Positions 1-15,100 of a DNA stretch of 64,000 nucleotides are shown piece by piece. A program made the translations under genes and the position numbers. The notes under the pieces are model-generated. The model ran no database searches. It worked only from the letters and a program-made list of their open reading frames with translations, and was not told the DNA's origin. Where the stretch lies: assembly GCA_977017645.1 (NCBI GenBank), contig OZ360222.1:34596001-34660000 (forward strand), in the 5' to 3' direction. Every line of letters begins with the position of its first letter. The first letter of the stretch is position 1. Origin of the DNA: Torpedo marmorata. Taxonomy: Eukaryota.

Positions 1-61
1 TTTAGAAAATAAAATGACAATCAGTTAGTTTACAAAATAAGCTGTAAATAAGAATACTTAC

Positions 62-165
62 CACATCCTTACTGCAGGGTAGCTGTGATCCGACATAATC
101 TATAATTATACTGCCTTCGTCGGTAACCTCAAAATCACCAGGAAAGACCATTTCTTCACAGCCTT
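62..165 (-). CDS. KIF28: KIF28 exon 20 ([23 protein letters not shown]...)
   Basis: tgtag acceptor, gtaagt donor, 104 nt, phase 1 to 0; later exons lie outside the window. Confidence 0.8.
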
Positions 166-3100
166 CTACACAGTAGAAGGAAAAACAGATCAAACCCATT
201 ACACAGAATTACAGTACCAACATTCGTTCTACCAAAGAAATGGTCATAATAAAAGAAAAACAAACTGCAACCTCCTGAGGAATTAAATGGATGGCCTTAC
301 CCAGTAGAACTTGAACCAGATTAACATAGATTCAGGAGTTTCACTAGCCTTTTATGTACTATTCTGGAGAGTCTGCCAGGCTTACATTTTAGCAAGTGGA
401 CTATCCAGAAGGGTAAAAAGACAAGATCTACTTAAAATGTCAAAAAAGCAAAGCAAAACTGCAGATGCTGGAAATCTTCTGATTTCCACAGATAATCTCC
501 ACAGATTATCAGAATTTAATGTCACGAAATTTGTTGTTTTACGGCAGCATCAGAGTGCAAACATTTATATAAACCACCTTACAATATAAAAATAGTGCAA
601 GAAAAAGTCAAAGTAAGGCAGTGTCTGTGGTTCATTGTTCATTCAGGAATTTGATGGCAGAGGGGAAGAAGCTGCTCCTGTACTTTTTTCCCCAATGGTA
701 ACCTAGGTGGTGGGGGTCTTTGAGGATAGAGGCTGCTTTCTTAAGACACTGCCTCTTGTAGATGTCCTTGATTGAGTGAAGACGGGTGCCCGTGATGTCG
801 CAGGCCGAGTTAACAACCCTCGAGTTTTTCTTGTCCTTAGTGTTGGCACCTCCATACCAGACAGTGATGCAACCAGCCAGAATGCTCTCCCCAATACACC
901 TGTAGAAGTTTGAGCATCTTCGGTGACATACAGAATCTCCTCAAATTCCTCACAAAGTATAGCGCTGGTGAGCCTTCTTCGTGATTGCGTCGACATGGAG
1001 GCTCCAGGACAGATCTCGGAGATGTTGACACCCAGGAATTTGAAGTTCTTGACCCTCTCCACTGCTGACCCCTCGATGAGGACCGGTTCTTGTTCTCCTG
1101 ATTTCCTCCTGAAGTCCACAATCATCTCCTGGGTTTTGCTAATATTGAGTGCAAGGTTGTTGGTGTGACACCACTCAACTAGCTGATCTACCTCCCTCCT
1201 GTACGCTTCTTCATTGCCGAGAAAGTACACTCCAGTGTTTGGCCTCCTCACCCCCCAACTGCTTACTGTGGGAAAGTTTTGATTGTGTTATCCTACAAAT
1301 GAATGCTCCCTCTACTTTTTGAAACTGCTTTCAATCCCTTTAGAAACATTCCCTGAACAAGGTCTGGTTGGAGAAGTGATCTTGTTATTTTGCTGTTGCC
1401 AATCATTTTAGATTCCTGATTGAGTAGGCATCTTGGAAGTTAATCAAGAAGGTCTGCAGACACTGTGATTGTAGTTTAATACACAAGTGCTGGACAAACT
1501 CAGCGTCCATAGGAAGCAAAGATATATAACTTGAGCAGCTTAGAAGTTGGTTTTGACTGAGATTGAAAACATTGACAAATCCACTGCCAACATTGCTTGC
1601 AGTTCCATTAAAAAAAGCCAGGCAGCGAGGCTGAATGGCTAATTGAGACTGTTCCTTGTATTTTCTCTTTTTGTATATAATTTCCAAAATCTACCATTTG
1701 TTTTACGCTTTCTGCATTTGAAACTGCCAGTGACTGCTGAATGAGCTCAGTGGTAGAGAAGCCACAATGAAGAGTATTATTGAGAGGTGAATTGGATTGC
1801 TGTAATTGCACTCTCATTTATGAACTCAGACTGTTGAATATTGGAGGGGTAGTTTACAGTGACCAGTTTGTCCATCATTCCACACATCTTTGGGATGTGG
1901 GAGCACCCATTAGAAACTCATGCAGTTCCAGGGAGAATATACAAACTCCACACTGGAGACCAGAATTGAACACAGGTCTCTGGAGCTGAGGCAGTAGGCT
2001 GCCCACGTTACACCCATGTTCAATGACTCATCCCTTCAATCTTCAACTACAACAAAGAATATTAGTATTTTGATTTGTTACTCATTTGAAAACCAGTACC
2101 GAAAGGCAAAATTTCCAGCTTTAATTCATTCTTGTGTGAAATGATTTGCCTCCAGTAGCCTTCCCTCTCCCCATCATAAAACATGTAAAAGTGTACAAAT
2201 TCATTATTACCTTGTAAACCCCACAGATCCAGAACCAGGGCATGATTTTGCAGATAATTCAATAACTCCTGTGATACACACTTGACTGTGAACTGCATTG
2301 TGTGATCTACTTTTGCATTTACTGTGTTCCAGACAGGTTCCGAGTGGAAAAGGTATGGATGATTCAGTACATGATACCTGAAGGGATTAGAATGCAGTTA
2401 GTCTTTTCTTTACCTTGGATCAGCAGATTTTCAGGTCTTCATTTTATTACATAAATAGTGATGCATCAACTGTGGAATACAGCTTTAGAAATGCACTGTC
2501 AGTAACAGGATATTTTGATAATTCTACATCAGACTTAATTTGTAAACGTCATGGAACCTTGTTTAAAAAAAGGGCAAGGGTTTCAGTTACTTTTTTTGGT
2601 GTTCATGTCAAAGCAAAAAGCAGTGCAGAATTTTAAACATACAATGGTAGTCCATTAATTCAGAGACTGTAGCCAACCATTCAGTTACTCTTCAGGCTAT
2701 TCAAAAATCACAGAATGTGAACCACACAAACAGTTAGTGCTGGGATTTATGCTCCATGCAAGCACCCTGTCATCCATTCTTAACACAGTTTTCTCATATC
2801 ATTCCACGTGTGGACCAAGTCCTTCCTCAGAACTTCTCCACAACAACATAAATAGCCCATTCACCAACTGGTGTTCAGGTTCCTCTTCGTGCTGAAGTCT
2901 GCATTTTAAGTTTAAATAGCACAATATTCTCCAGCATATTCTATTCTGCTCAGACCCTCAAGGTCCCCCCAGGGTCAAGAGAAGCAGGATTCATGAGTTC
3001 GCTGCTCCTTGCTAGGTACAGGAGTTTTTAAAGTTTTCATTAGGTATAGTTCAGCATCTTATGAATGAATATTGTTGAAATGAATAAAATTGTTAGATGT

Positions 3101-6100
3101 TCACTGTTGACACAGGTTCCCAAGAATGCAAGGTTATGGCTAGTGTCATTTGTAACTGACAGTATAATCTATAAATCGTGACAATTTAAGTTTGGACACC
3201 CGACTACTGAGTTTAGAATCTATGATGAAAGGGTTCCCTGAGGCCTCACATTATTAACAAAAACAACTCCCCCTCCACCCAGGGTCTATTGTGACAACAG
3301 GACCACAAGCAGGCTGGTTCAGTCTCAAAGTACCAGAATCCAAAGTGGAAGTGATGGAAGTTGGCGATTTTTGTCTTTCTTTTAGTTGGACAATACTTTA
3401 GCTCATCCAGTGTTGAAAGTTGAACAAATAGAAACGGGTGGGGGGGGGGGGGGGGGGGAGAATTCGAGAGAAGAATTAGGAAGGCTGTAGAATAGGGAGG
3501 AGTACATTTATTGCAAGGTGATGAAGTAAGATCATTTTGATGTATCATTACAAGCCATTGGTTAGTCCACACCTGGAGTACTGCATACAGTTTTGGTCTC
3601 CATTTAAAAAAAAAAGGGTGGTGCTGACATTGGAGGCAGTGCAGAGAAGGTTCACTGAATAGGTTCCTGGAGGTATGGGGTTGAAGGTCTGCAGAGCTGT
3701 TGGGCCCGTACTAATTGGAGTATCAAAGAATGCATGATGATGCTTATCCAGTTGAAACTTAAAAGATTCTGAGGTGGATTAACAGGGTGAAATGCAGTGT
3801 CAGGATCTAGAACTATGAGTTGCACATTTCAAATGGAGAGGGAGACAATTCTTCCCTCACATTTGGTGAATCTTTGGAATTATCTACCCTTGAGAGCAGT
3901 GGAGGTGGAGACATTCAATATATTCATAATAATAACTATCAGACATTTGAACTACAAGGGATTCAAAGAGTCTGGGGAGAAAATAGGTAAGTGGTATTGA
4001 GGCCAAGACTGGATCAGCCATGACGCAACTGTAGAGTGGAGCAGAATTGAGAGACCACCCTGCTCCTGCTTTCTTATGTAGGTGAACTAGATCCCAGGGA
4101 TGTGGTAGAGGTCGATAGCATCAGCAAATTTAAGAAGAAATGAATACTTCTTGGCAGAAAAAGAGAAGGGATGTGATGGGTGAACAGGATGAAGTGTGTG
4201 ACAGATTCAGACTTCAGAACATTGCAGTGGACAGGACTGGTGATCATAGAGTCATATGTTACGGAAACAGGTCGTTGGTGTATGATTTGTGTAAACAGGT
4301 GCTCAGTTGTCCAATCTCATTTTATTCTCCTCATCAACTCCCACCAGATTCTACCACTCTAGAGTTAGTTTGCAGTGGAAAATTAACCCATCGACCTGCA
4401 TGCGTTTGGGATGCGGGACAGAACCAGGCCCTCACAGGAAGCCCACGCAGTCACAGAAAATGTGCAGACTTTGGCACCAGTGGTCAGGGTTGCTGAAGCT
4501 GTGAAGCAGCCACTCTACTGGCTGCTCCCTTTCCTGCCTATTCCTGGTTCACAGAGGTCCTACAGAGTGTTTCATGCATATTGAAGCAGCAATCAAAATG
4601 TTTAAGAAAAATAATTTCTTACGAAATCTGAATTCCTCTCTTGATGTTTTGCTTCAGCCATTTAATCCATAGGCATCGAGTTATCTGAACTTGAAAATCT
4701 AGCCTGTGTCCCACTAACTCTGTGGGGTCAATAAGAATCTCCTCTTCACCCAGAGGTCTGCAAAACAGAAGAACCTATTCACTCAAAATTCCTGAAACTT
4801 ATTTAATCAGGCACATTAATACTACAGGTACAGTTAGCAATGAGTACCGTAATTGCTAAGAGCAATATCGTGTCCCAAGACCTGATTCATGCAATCTTCA
4901 CATCATACACTGGCATGGCAAAATGAGATAGCATGCTTACATTTCAATCAAAACTGCTGATCAAGTTTTAAATGGGCCTGCCTGTGCCAGACCTGGCTTG
5001 CTGACCAGTCTCACCACCAACCCTCTGTGCCCAGCTTGACTTGCTAACCAGTCTCACCATGATCCTCTGTGCTGGACTGTGCCAGACCTGGCTTGCTGAC
5101 CAGTCTCTCCACCAAACGTCTGACTACCTTAAATTTATCTGGATTTGGATGCTCCTGATTCCCCTTCTCCCCAAGAGGTTCATTCCTGTTAAAGGATTTT
5201 GATGTGGAAAATAGTGTTCCTCTTTTCAATATTCTTTTTGTTCCAGCAGACATTTTAAAAAGGAAAATACCAGTCTCTTCTGAAACTTACTGTCCACTTG
5301 GGTTGCATGGCACCAGGTTCATCTGTAAAGTGGCTTCCTCTTTGCCCTGGGAGTTATGAATCTCTACCTGTTCCTCCAACACAATGCAGTAGCTCAGAGA
5401 CTGAAGCCAGACATAAGCAGAACCTAAATGAACTGCTTCAACAGGATCCCAGAATGGATCATTCTCTCTATCCTCGGATATATTCTGCCCATCAACAAAG
5501 CGCTGATAGACATCTTCCATTATGAACTTCCTGTTCACGAACTTGGCCTTTGACCAGATCCATACCTGTTACAATGAACAACAATTAAGACACAACTCAC
5601 AAGAGAATGCATGATAATTGGACAAATTCCTTTGATAACTGAGGAAAAGAAAGCAAGAGCAGAGAAGCCATGGTAGGACTTTGTAAAACATTGGTTTGGA
5701 CACAGCTAGCCTATGGTGTACGGTTCCAGTCAACCGTGACTGGAAGGGTGAGATCACAGCCCCAGCGACCCAAGTTCAATCCTGACCTCTGATGATCTAG
5801 CTCCCACAAGCCTCTGGGGTAGAGAGTTCCGGAGATTCACCACTTCTATGAGGAGAAGAACACCTGCATATGAATCACATAATCCTAGAAATGTACGGCA
5901 CAGAAGAAAGTCATTCAGCTCATCCTGTCCACGTTGCCCAAATACCGTGCTATTCAAACCACAATCCAGCTCTTGATCTTTTTCTTTTTAAAATATTTTT
6001 ATTGAGTTTCAATAATAAACATGTTTACAGAGTAACAAATTAAGAAAAACATTCAAAAAATCAGCTGGTATTCATACATGTATATTAAAAAAACTAAGTA

Positions 6101-9100
6101 AATTGTCGTAACTAAATTCTTAATATAGGTTAAAACTCTAGTTCCTTATAATTATCTTAAAAAAAACACTTGAAAATAAAATAAAAAGAAAGAAAAAAAG
6201 AAACAAACACTAATAACTAATCTATTCTAACCCCTCCCTCTAAGTAAGGTTACCTTGATACTGTAAAAAAAGGATATGGATCCTGTAGCGACCTCCAAGC
6301 ATCGGACAGAGAATCCCTGGGATAATCAAAAGTAAAACACGAAAATCTGTGGACACCGTGGTTGAAGTAAAAAACACAAATGCTGGAGAAACTCAGCAGG
6401 TCAAACAGTGTCTTTTATGTTAGCAAAGGTAGAAATACATAACCGACGTTTCGGGCTTGAGCCCTTCATCAAAGTAAGATAGTCAGTTTTGTTAATTCTT
6501 CCAATCATGATAGACAAATTGACATTCAATTTTCTCAAAATAAAAATCCAGATTTGTATAAGAGAAGAGTAGAGCTTAAAGCAAAATTTGATCTATCTAC
6601 TTATCCCATTGAACAACAATTGTTAAGAAGTAGAAGTCTCTTTTATATTCATGGAGAAAAAAACTAGTTAGTTACTAGCTGGACAATTGAAAGGAATTTC
6701 TGCTAAAAAATAAATAAATAAAATTAAGATGAAAGATGGAAAAATGACAACAGATTATCTTAAAATTAATGAGACTTTTAAGGAATTTTATTCTAACCTC
6801 TATAAATCAGAATTTGATAACAATCATGACTTGATGTCGGAATTTTTGGATCGATTGAATCTTCCGGTACTACCTCAGGATGAACGTGCAAGCTTGGAGA
6901 AACCTATTTCTAAAGAGGATATAGCTCTCGCTATTTCCTCACTACAGTCTAGTAAATTTCCAGGGCCAGACAGATTTCCTGTGTAATTTTATAAATCTTT
7001 CTCCAAACAGCTTGTACCTCATCTGAGTGTGGTAATGGGTGACTCATTTAATGAGCGTTAGCTTCCCGCATCTTTTAATGAGGCCAGTATTTCCTTAATT
7101 CTTAAAAAGGGTAAATAATCGACTGAATGCACATCTTATAGACCCATTTCTTTACTTAATATGGATATGAAGATTTTGTCTAAAGTATTAGCACATAGAT
7201 TAGAAAATATTTTACCTTTAATTATCAATTCAGATCAGACTGGATTTATTAAAATCATTATTCATATTATAACATTAATAGATTGTTGAATATTTTATAT
7301 TTACCTTCTACTCCGGTGACGGAATGTGTCCTTTCACTAGATGCTGAAAAAGCATTTGATCGGGTGGAGTGGGAATATTTATTTGCTATTTTAGATAAAT
7401 TTAATTTTGGTTCTGATTGGATTAAGTTACTATGTCCTATGGCCTCAGTTCGATCTAATTTACAGCAATCAGATATGTTTCGGCTTAATAGAGGAACCCG
7501 ACAAGGTTGCCCATTAAGTCCTTTGCTTTTTGATATAGTATTAGAACCTTTAGCTCTTCGACATTGTCGAGAATTTAAAGGTATAACTAGAAACGGAATT
7601 GAACACAAAATATCTCTCTAGGCGGACGATTTATTGTTATTTATTTCAAACCCTGAAGTTTCTATACCAAATATATTAACCCTATTTACTCATTTTAGTC
7701 AATTTTCAGGGTATAAATTAAACCTACAAAAGAGTGAACTATAGCTCTTGATCTTGAGGCTTTGTCGTTCATAGCACATCAGATATTCACCGAGATAATT
7801 TCCAAACAGAACGATGTGTCTGCCTTAAACAATCTTTTGGGCAGCGTCAGTATTGGTGGGGAAGACGGTTCTTCAATTCCATTCTTATCCTTCAACCCAG
7901 TACTTTACAACCATATCCCCTGCTACTGAGCTTGAAGAGAAATAGGTGATTTTTATTCTTGGTGACTCAATATATTAAATAAAATGCCTCTCAGTCAACC
8001 CTATTTTGCTGCTTACCCAATCGTTTAGCCAAATTTCCACTGGCCATCTGACATTCCACTAACTCCTCTGTGCAGGTGGAGGTAAGTTTTCAAAAGATAG
8101 GGGATCTGAGGCTATGGGAACTGGCAAGGAAGAGATGAGGCTATGATTGCATTGATAAGATTTATCCAGAGGTAAAGTAGTACATCTTTCTGCCTTGTCG
8201 CAGGAACTACTCGAAATTGGAAGAGTGGAGACTTTGATCAAATTGAATGCAAAGTAATTCCCATTGATGGCTGTAGAAAAAACTTGAAAAGTGATTCTCT
8301 TTGGTGGCTGTATAAAAAAACTTTTCTGCAGCCGCCAAAGTGCTCAACTCCCTTAACAGCCAATGGCATCAAGGGAGGAAGCCCCATTTTCCATTTGGAA
8401 GGTGTAGAAAAACAAGGGGAAGGTGTGAAGAGGAGACAGATGTCGTCAAGCTCCAGAGAATGATGTGAATGACTTCCTTCCCACCTGATCAGTTACTTTG
8501 TTTGTCACCTTCACCATCACTTCCTTCGCCAGGTCAGAGCCTCTGGAGTCCGTTAGCGCCAGGTTTTTCACTTCCAGCTCAAAACTGAAATCCTGTTATT
8601 GTAAAAATAAAATTCCACTCAAAGGTTTTCAACAAATCCAAGACCCAGCAGTAGTCTTGAGAGCGTAACCTCAGTTGATCCTTCAGCACAGCACTGAGGG
8701 AGTTCCACTCTGTTGGAGGTGCTGTCTTTTAGACAAAACATTAGACTGAGCACCATCGGCTCTCCTGTGAACACGGGCATTCTCTGCCACCATTTGGTGT
8801 CCCAAAAGCATTGTTACCTTGAATACCAGAAACAGAAGGTCATATATATTTATTTGCTGCTTATGGAATCTTAACATAGGGAAATCAAACCTGCCCCCAA
8901 AAGATCATTAAGATGTCATTGGTTGTAAAAGGGCTTAGTATGTCGGAGGTATTACATAATGGAGGTTCTTCCAGTGTTGAGATACTGAAGTTTTCCAATA
9001 TTATTCAAGTTTTAAATAATAGATGAATTATGGGGACTGGGGAACAGTAGGGCAAGTGGATCAGCCACGATCTTACTGAATGGGGAAGCAAACCAGTGGC

Positions 9101-12100
9101 CGACTCCTACTCCTTCCTTATGTTATGTTATGTTATGTACTGTCTGCCTGAATGAAGAATAGAGATCGCTGCAAGGGAGAGAAATGGAGTGATTACCTTA
9201 TTTAACTCTCCACTGATCTGGTTTGCTTCCACCACCATTGGTTTCACTCGGATGTAATCATAGAACACAGCAAGCACACTTGGGTCGACACTCCTGTTCC
9301 TACCCACGTGACCTGGTCAATGGATAGCAAGGAACTCATTAAAGCCTCAAAATTCATTGTTTAATAATCCATCAACGGGTGGCCTATGTGTCACTTTTAC
9401 CAGGTCTAAAGCAATAATTTACATTCATTCAAAACCAGTGAAGGAGGGTAGCCAATGACTGCAGTATTTAAAGTCCAAGTCAGATTGGTACATAGTCAGG
9501 GTCTGCAACCCAATAACTGTGTACAATGAATTGAAACACTATCTTGTAGTTGCCAAAAATACTGATACAGCCTGAAAATCATGTTTAAGTGCCAAAATCA
9601 TAGAATAAAAAAAAATTACAATACAGCTGACCAAAAATGAAGATGTCTATGTTACTCCCATTTCTCAGTCTTAAAAGTGCTCATCTAAACATGATAAGGG
9701 TTTCTATCTCCACCACCCTCTCAAATAGCATGTTCCAGAGCCCCACTATATTTTGGGTGAAAGATTTTCTTCAATTCCAATTCTTTCCTGATTGAAATTA
9801 AGCCGATGTCTCCATATTATTGATCCAAGAAAAACAAGTTACCCCCATCGACGCCTCCCACTGCCTGGGGAAAGCTGCCAATATATCGAAGAACCCATCC
9901 CATCCCCGCCACACTCTTCACCCCCTTGCAACACATTAATCTGCACTTTTGTTTCATTGTTTGCCCTACTTAAGTATGGGTTAATTTGCTTAGATAACTC
10001 GCAAAACACGGGACTGATAGGATTACCAGAAGAGTGAGTATGGACTCAATGGGCCAAATGGCCTACTGTGTAATAATAAATAAGAGGGTACCAAGGATTA
10101 ACCAAATAGTGTAGGACAGCAGTTTAGATCAGGAGCAGGTTATTTAGATTAACAAACACTAGTTGGTGGTTTAAGACAGTGCAAAAGCTCTCACAACAGT
10201 GTTTCCAATGCCAGCTCACACATCATCTGATTTATTAAGGTCACCATAACATTAGTAGAATTTGAACTCATTATCTCTGGGCTATATATAATTATATAAC
10301 ATTTCTATCAAGTGGATGTAATCAGAGTCTGGTCTAAAGATTATTAGACCTACAATTCTTCACATTGCTTACCCAGAGCTTCTCTGTCAAAGCCTTCAAC
10401 TGCTGCCAGCTCTGACTGGAAGAAATCATAATCATATTTGCTCAAGTCCTCATCATTGCATTCGCTTGGATATCCCACATAAAGATAAGTGCTGTTGGAT
10501 CCCAGAATAAGTCTGTCCTGAAACAAATGACACAAAAAAATTTCTTTTTTTACATTGTCTATATTTTCTGATTACAAAACGATTTACTCCCATCTGTACA
10601 GCTGGTGTAAGGCATCAGTGAACATTACAACATGAAAGCGTTAGGTGTTTGGTAGAATATCACAAGACAAATACCTTGCATTTCCACAATGGGAACACGC
10701 AGAGGATTTGTTCACCTAGAATTTTTAAATAAAAAAAAATTAAAGATACTGTTCCATCATTGCTTCAGGAGAAACATCTACCGGTAATTTTCTTTAAATT
10801 TGTTAATCTATTAGTTGCAAAGATATTGGAAATGAGAAAGAAGTCTGTTTGATCAGGCAGGGGACTTCAGATGCACCCTCTGTGTACAATTCATATTAAT
10901 TTATCTTCTTGTGGTTCTATTTGATCTCAGGATCTTGAATCCTATTTAGTCAGGAACAGGCTTAAATAATTTGATTGATGTATTACTGTGCTCAGTGAGA
11001 TGAATGCTGTGGTTTCTGAAAACACCTGTGCACAAGTGTACAGTTAAATGCAGAATATTTTGCAACACAAGACCCTAAGACATAGAGCAGAAGCAGGCTA
11101 TAGGCCTATCTAGTCTGCCCACTATTTAATCATGAGCTGATCCATTTTCCCACTCAGCCCCACTGCCCGGCCTTCTCCCCATAACCTTTGATGTCCTGGC
11201 TAATCAATATCCTATCAATCTCTGTTTTAAATACACCCAATAACTTGGCCTTCACAACCGCCTGTGCCAACAAATTCCACAGATTTACCACCCTCTGCCT
11301 AAAGAAATTTCTCCGCATCTCTGTTCTAAGCGGACACCCTTCAATCCTGAAGTTGTGCCCTCTTGTCCTCGACTCTCCCACCATGGGAAAGAACCTTTCT
11401 ACATCTACTTTGTCCATGCCTTTCAACATTCAAAATGTTTCAATGAAATCCCCCCTCATTCTCCTAAATTCCAACGAGTACAGGCCAAGAGCTGTCAAAA
11501 GCTCCTCAAATGATAACCATTTCATTCCCAGAATCATCCTTGTGACCATCCTCTGAACCCACTCCAATGTCAGCACATCCTTTCTTAAATGAGGAGCCCA
11601 AAACTGCTCACAATACTCGCAAGTGAGGTCTCACCAGAGCCTGAACATCACATTCCTGTTCTTATATTCTATTCCTCTTGAAATGAATGTCAGCAATGCA
11701 TTTGCCTTCTTCACCACCGACTCAACATGCAAGTTTACCTTCAGGCTATCCTGAACGAGGATTCCCAGGTTCCTTTGCAACTGGGTATTTTCAGTTTTCT
11801 CCCCATTTAGAAAATTGCCAGTTTATTTTTTCTGGCTTAATTCAGTGGAATGCCTCACGATGATAACTCTCTTTCTCAATCGAGCCATGCTTATATGGTG
11901 TTTGGTCAATTAAGTACAATTAGTGTTTCAGTACAAATTGTTTTATAATCAATTGAATGTTTTTCCAAGAATTCAATACCTTTTTCAATCAATTCCTTAT
12001 GAAATTCCTCAAAAATTCTTTAAGGATTTAAACAGTCCTTCCAAGTGAAGTCACATTTCACTTGTGAATCTGCAGGGGTCATCTACTACATCCGGTGATC

Positions 12101-15100
12101 CTGTTGTGGTCTCCTCTACATCGGAGAGACTGGACGCAGACTGGGAGATCGCTTTGTTGAGCATCTCGGTTCTGTCCGCTGCAATAGCATGGATCTCCCA
12201 GTGGCCACCCATTTCAATTACCCATCCCATTCCCTTGCTGACATGTCTGTCTATGGTCTCATGCACTGCCAGACTGAGACCACCCGCAAATTAGAGGAAC
12301 AACACCTCATCTTCCGACTGGGCACCCTCCAACCGGATGGCATTAATATCGACTTCTTTGGCTTTCGTTAAAATCCCCCCCCTTCACTTCTTCCCCCAGC
12401 CTCTCCCTTCCTTGTCTCTTTTTGCACAAACATGATAAATTCTTACCTCGTCCCTTATCATATCCAATTAACACCTTTTGTTGGTCTGGATTCCTCCCCC
12501 AGCCAGCATTGTCTGAATTCTGAGATTTCCTGCTTCTGGCTCATCCTGCTTATTCCTTGAAGAAGGGCTCAGGCCCGAAACGTCGGCAATATATTTTTGC
12601 TTTTTATGGATGCCGAAAAGACCGGCTTGATTTCCTCAAGCATTTCGGTGTGTTTTTACTACAATCACAGCGTCTGCAGACTTTCGTGTTTCACTCAGAA
12701 GGAAATGAAAGCCTAATTTACCAAGATTAGGTCCAAAATGGAGAATTTTTGCTGGATAAAGTATTTGCATTTTACTAAACTTTGCTTTGAAATTGTTGAT
12801 CCACTCGTTTGTAAAAGCACAGAAATATATTTATCATATACTTTAACAAGGTAGAAGGGAGAACATTCTGCAAGACACCTTTTAGAATGGAACACGTCAG
12901 GCTGTGTTTTAAGAGTGAGAGACCTACGGTCCTACCAGATGTGCAAGCTGAACTTTGGTATCAACGAGGACTCCGTTTAAAATCACTCTGGCTTGTCCAT
13001 GTGGCTCTAGGGTTACTTTGCTGTTCTGGTTTGTGATGGTGGCATGTTTCTCAGCAATACTGTATGAGAAAAATGACATGCAGTGGCCCAATAAACCACA
13101 TTCTTTCATGGAATAAATACTTCTGGATATATACACAGCACCACATTGTATAGATAATAGGATTTTAAAACCTCACACCACCACACATCAAACCATTGTT
13201 CAGTGGTTCATTTATCACACTTTATCTGTTTAAAATATTTTTCAAATTTTCTATGAAAAAGTATCATCATCTTTGCCTCAACTATAACACAGCATTCAAA
13301 ACTCCAAGGACCCAGTGTAGAAAAAATTATAACCTCATTCTTTTATTTACTATTTTAATTTCATGACCCCTTATGATTGCAACCCCCGCCCCCCCGCCCC
13401 CCACATACACACAATAATTAACTTAAATGTTTTACCTCAATTACTCTATCAAGGTCTTTTGTAATTTTATCCAAAGCTCTCTCATCTCTTTTGCCACAGT
13501 GTAAACCTTCTCAGGCCCTTCTCTTGTCAGAACGATCATTGCCCTCTCAGGGACTGCTTTGATGAAGTTTTAATGCGTGCTTTTGATGTCCATTCCTCAA
13601 CAGTGTACCCTCATCTGAATGAGCAATAACTGCTTTCCAAACAATATTTGAAACATGCCCTTAGGAACTTCTTTTCCTTTTTTTTTTTTTTACAGTTCTG
13701 CTAATAAAACTAAAATTCTGGGGTTTATCGGCTTTAAAATGTTAGGGAATTGTTAATTTGAACCCCTATTTTAGCTCTGCCTTCCCAGTTATTTCATTAT
13801 CTTTACGAACATAGAACGTTACAGCACAGTACAGGCCCTTCAGCCCACGATGTTGTGCCAACCTATGTTAAACCTACTCCACGATTAATCTAACCTTTCC
13901 CTCCCTCATGTGCCTATCTGAGTCTTTTAAATATCCCGATTGTACCAGCCTCCACCACCACTCCCGGCAATGCATTCCAGTCATCCACCACTCTCTGTGT
14001 AAAATAAACCTACCTCTGACGTCTCTCCTAAACCTCCCTCCACTCACCTTAAACAGATATCCTCTGTATTGGCCATTGCTGCTCTGGGGAAAAAGGTGCT
14101 GGCTGTCCATCCCATCAATGCCTCCAAAATTTATACACCTCTATTAAGTCACCTCTCATCCTCCAAAGAAAAAAAACCCTAGCTCGCTCAAACCATTTCA
14201 CAATGAGTCTATTCTAACCATTGTTTTCTCATCAAGTCATTCCACAGTAAGTCACAAGTCCCGCTTGCAGCCTCTTCTGTGAATAGTGGGATGAGGTGAG
14301 AAGCACTGATGCACAGCTGAGCCGAATGCCATCTTACCCTGATGACAACACTGGTCAGTAATGCTGTGACGGAGACAGAATTGTAACCCTTCTCAACAGA
14401 CATGACTGAGACTGGCTGTTTCATTACCAAGGATCAGCCAACTTTAAAACCGTTTGATATCAAGTCAGTACTTTCTCCCCCCATTTGAGCTATGAAGTTG
14501 CACTCTATAACACTAACATCAAATAATCTGAGTTTAAGTCATACGTTCACATATTGATCACTTTCAATTATTATAAAAATGGATTGTTACTTTTTGGAGA
14601 AATTTCCACTTGGCATTCCCACAACACCCCTGTATTTCTTGAAAAAATTTGTTCCCGTTTCCACATACCCCAAGCCTCGAATAATAATTGCCCGTGGAAA
14701 ATTTCCAGATTGTCCCACGACAGATTCTCCTGGAACAAAGCACAAGCATGCAGAAGTTATTTGTTCCATTCGAAATATTAGTGATGCAGACAGACAGCAG
14801 GCACGTTGTATTCTTAATGAGGCTTATATTCACTGAAGTTTAAAAGAATGAGAAACCAATAAAATTCTAACAAGAATATTGAACTGAACATAGGGATATT
14901 CCGAATGGAGACACGAAAGATCGCAGATACTGGAAACTTGATGAAGGGTTCCGACCCAAATTGTTGACAATTTCTTTTCTTCTGCTGATGCTGCTCCAGC
15001 AGGACATTCCTGATGGCTGGAGAGTTCAGAACCAGGGGTCACAACCTGGGCGGCACGGTTAGCGCAATGCTGGGTTTGAATCCGGCGCTGTCTGTAAGGA

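Noticed and set aside
3440-3458. Poly-G run (and poly-C near 59556)
   Set aside because: Isolated homopolymers with no evidence of function; lengths may be sequencing-dependent.
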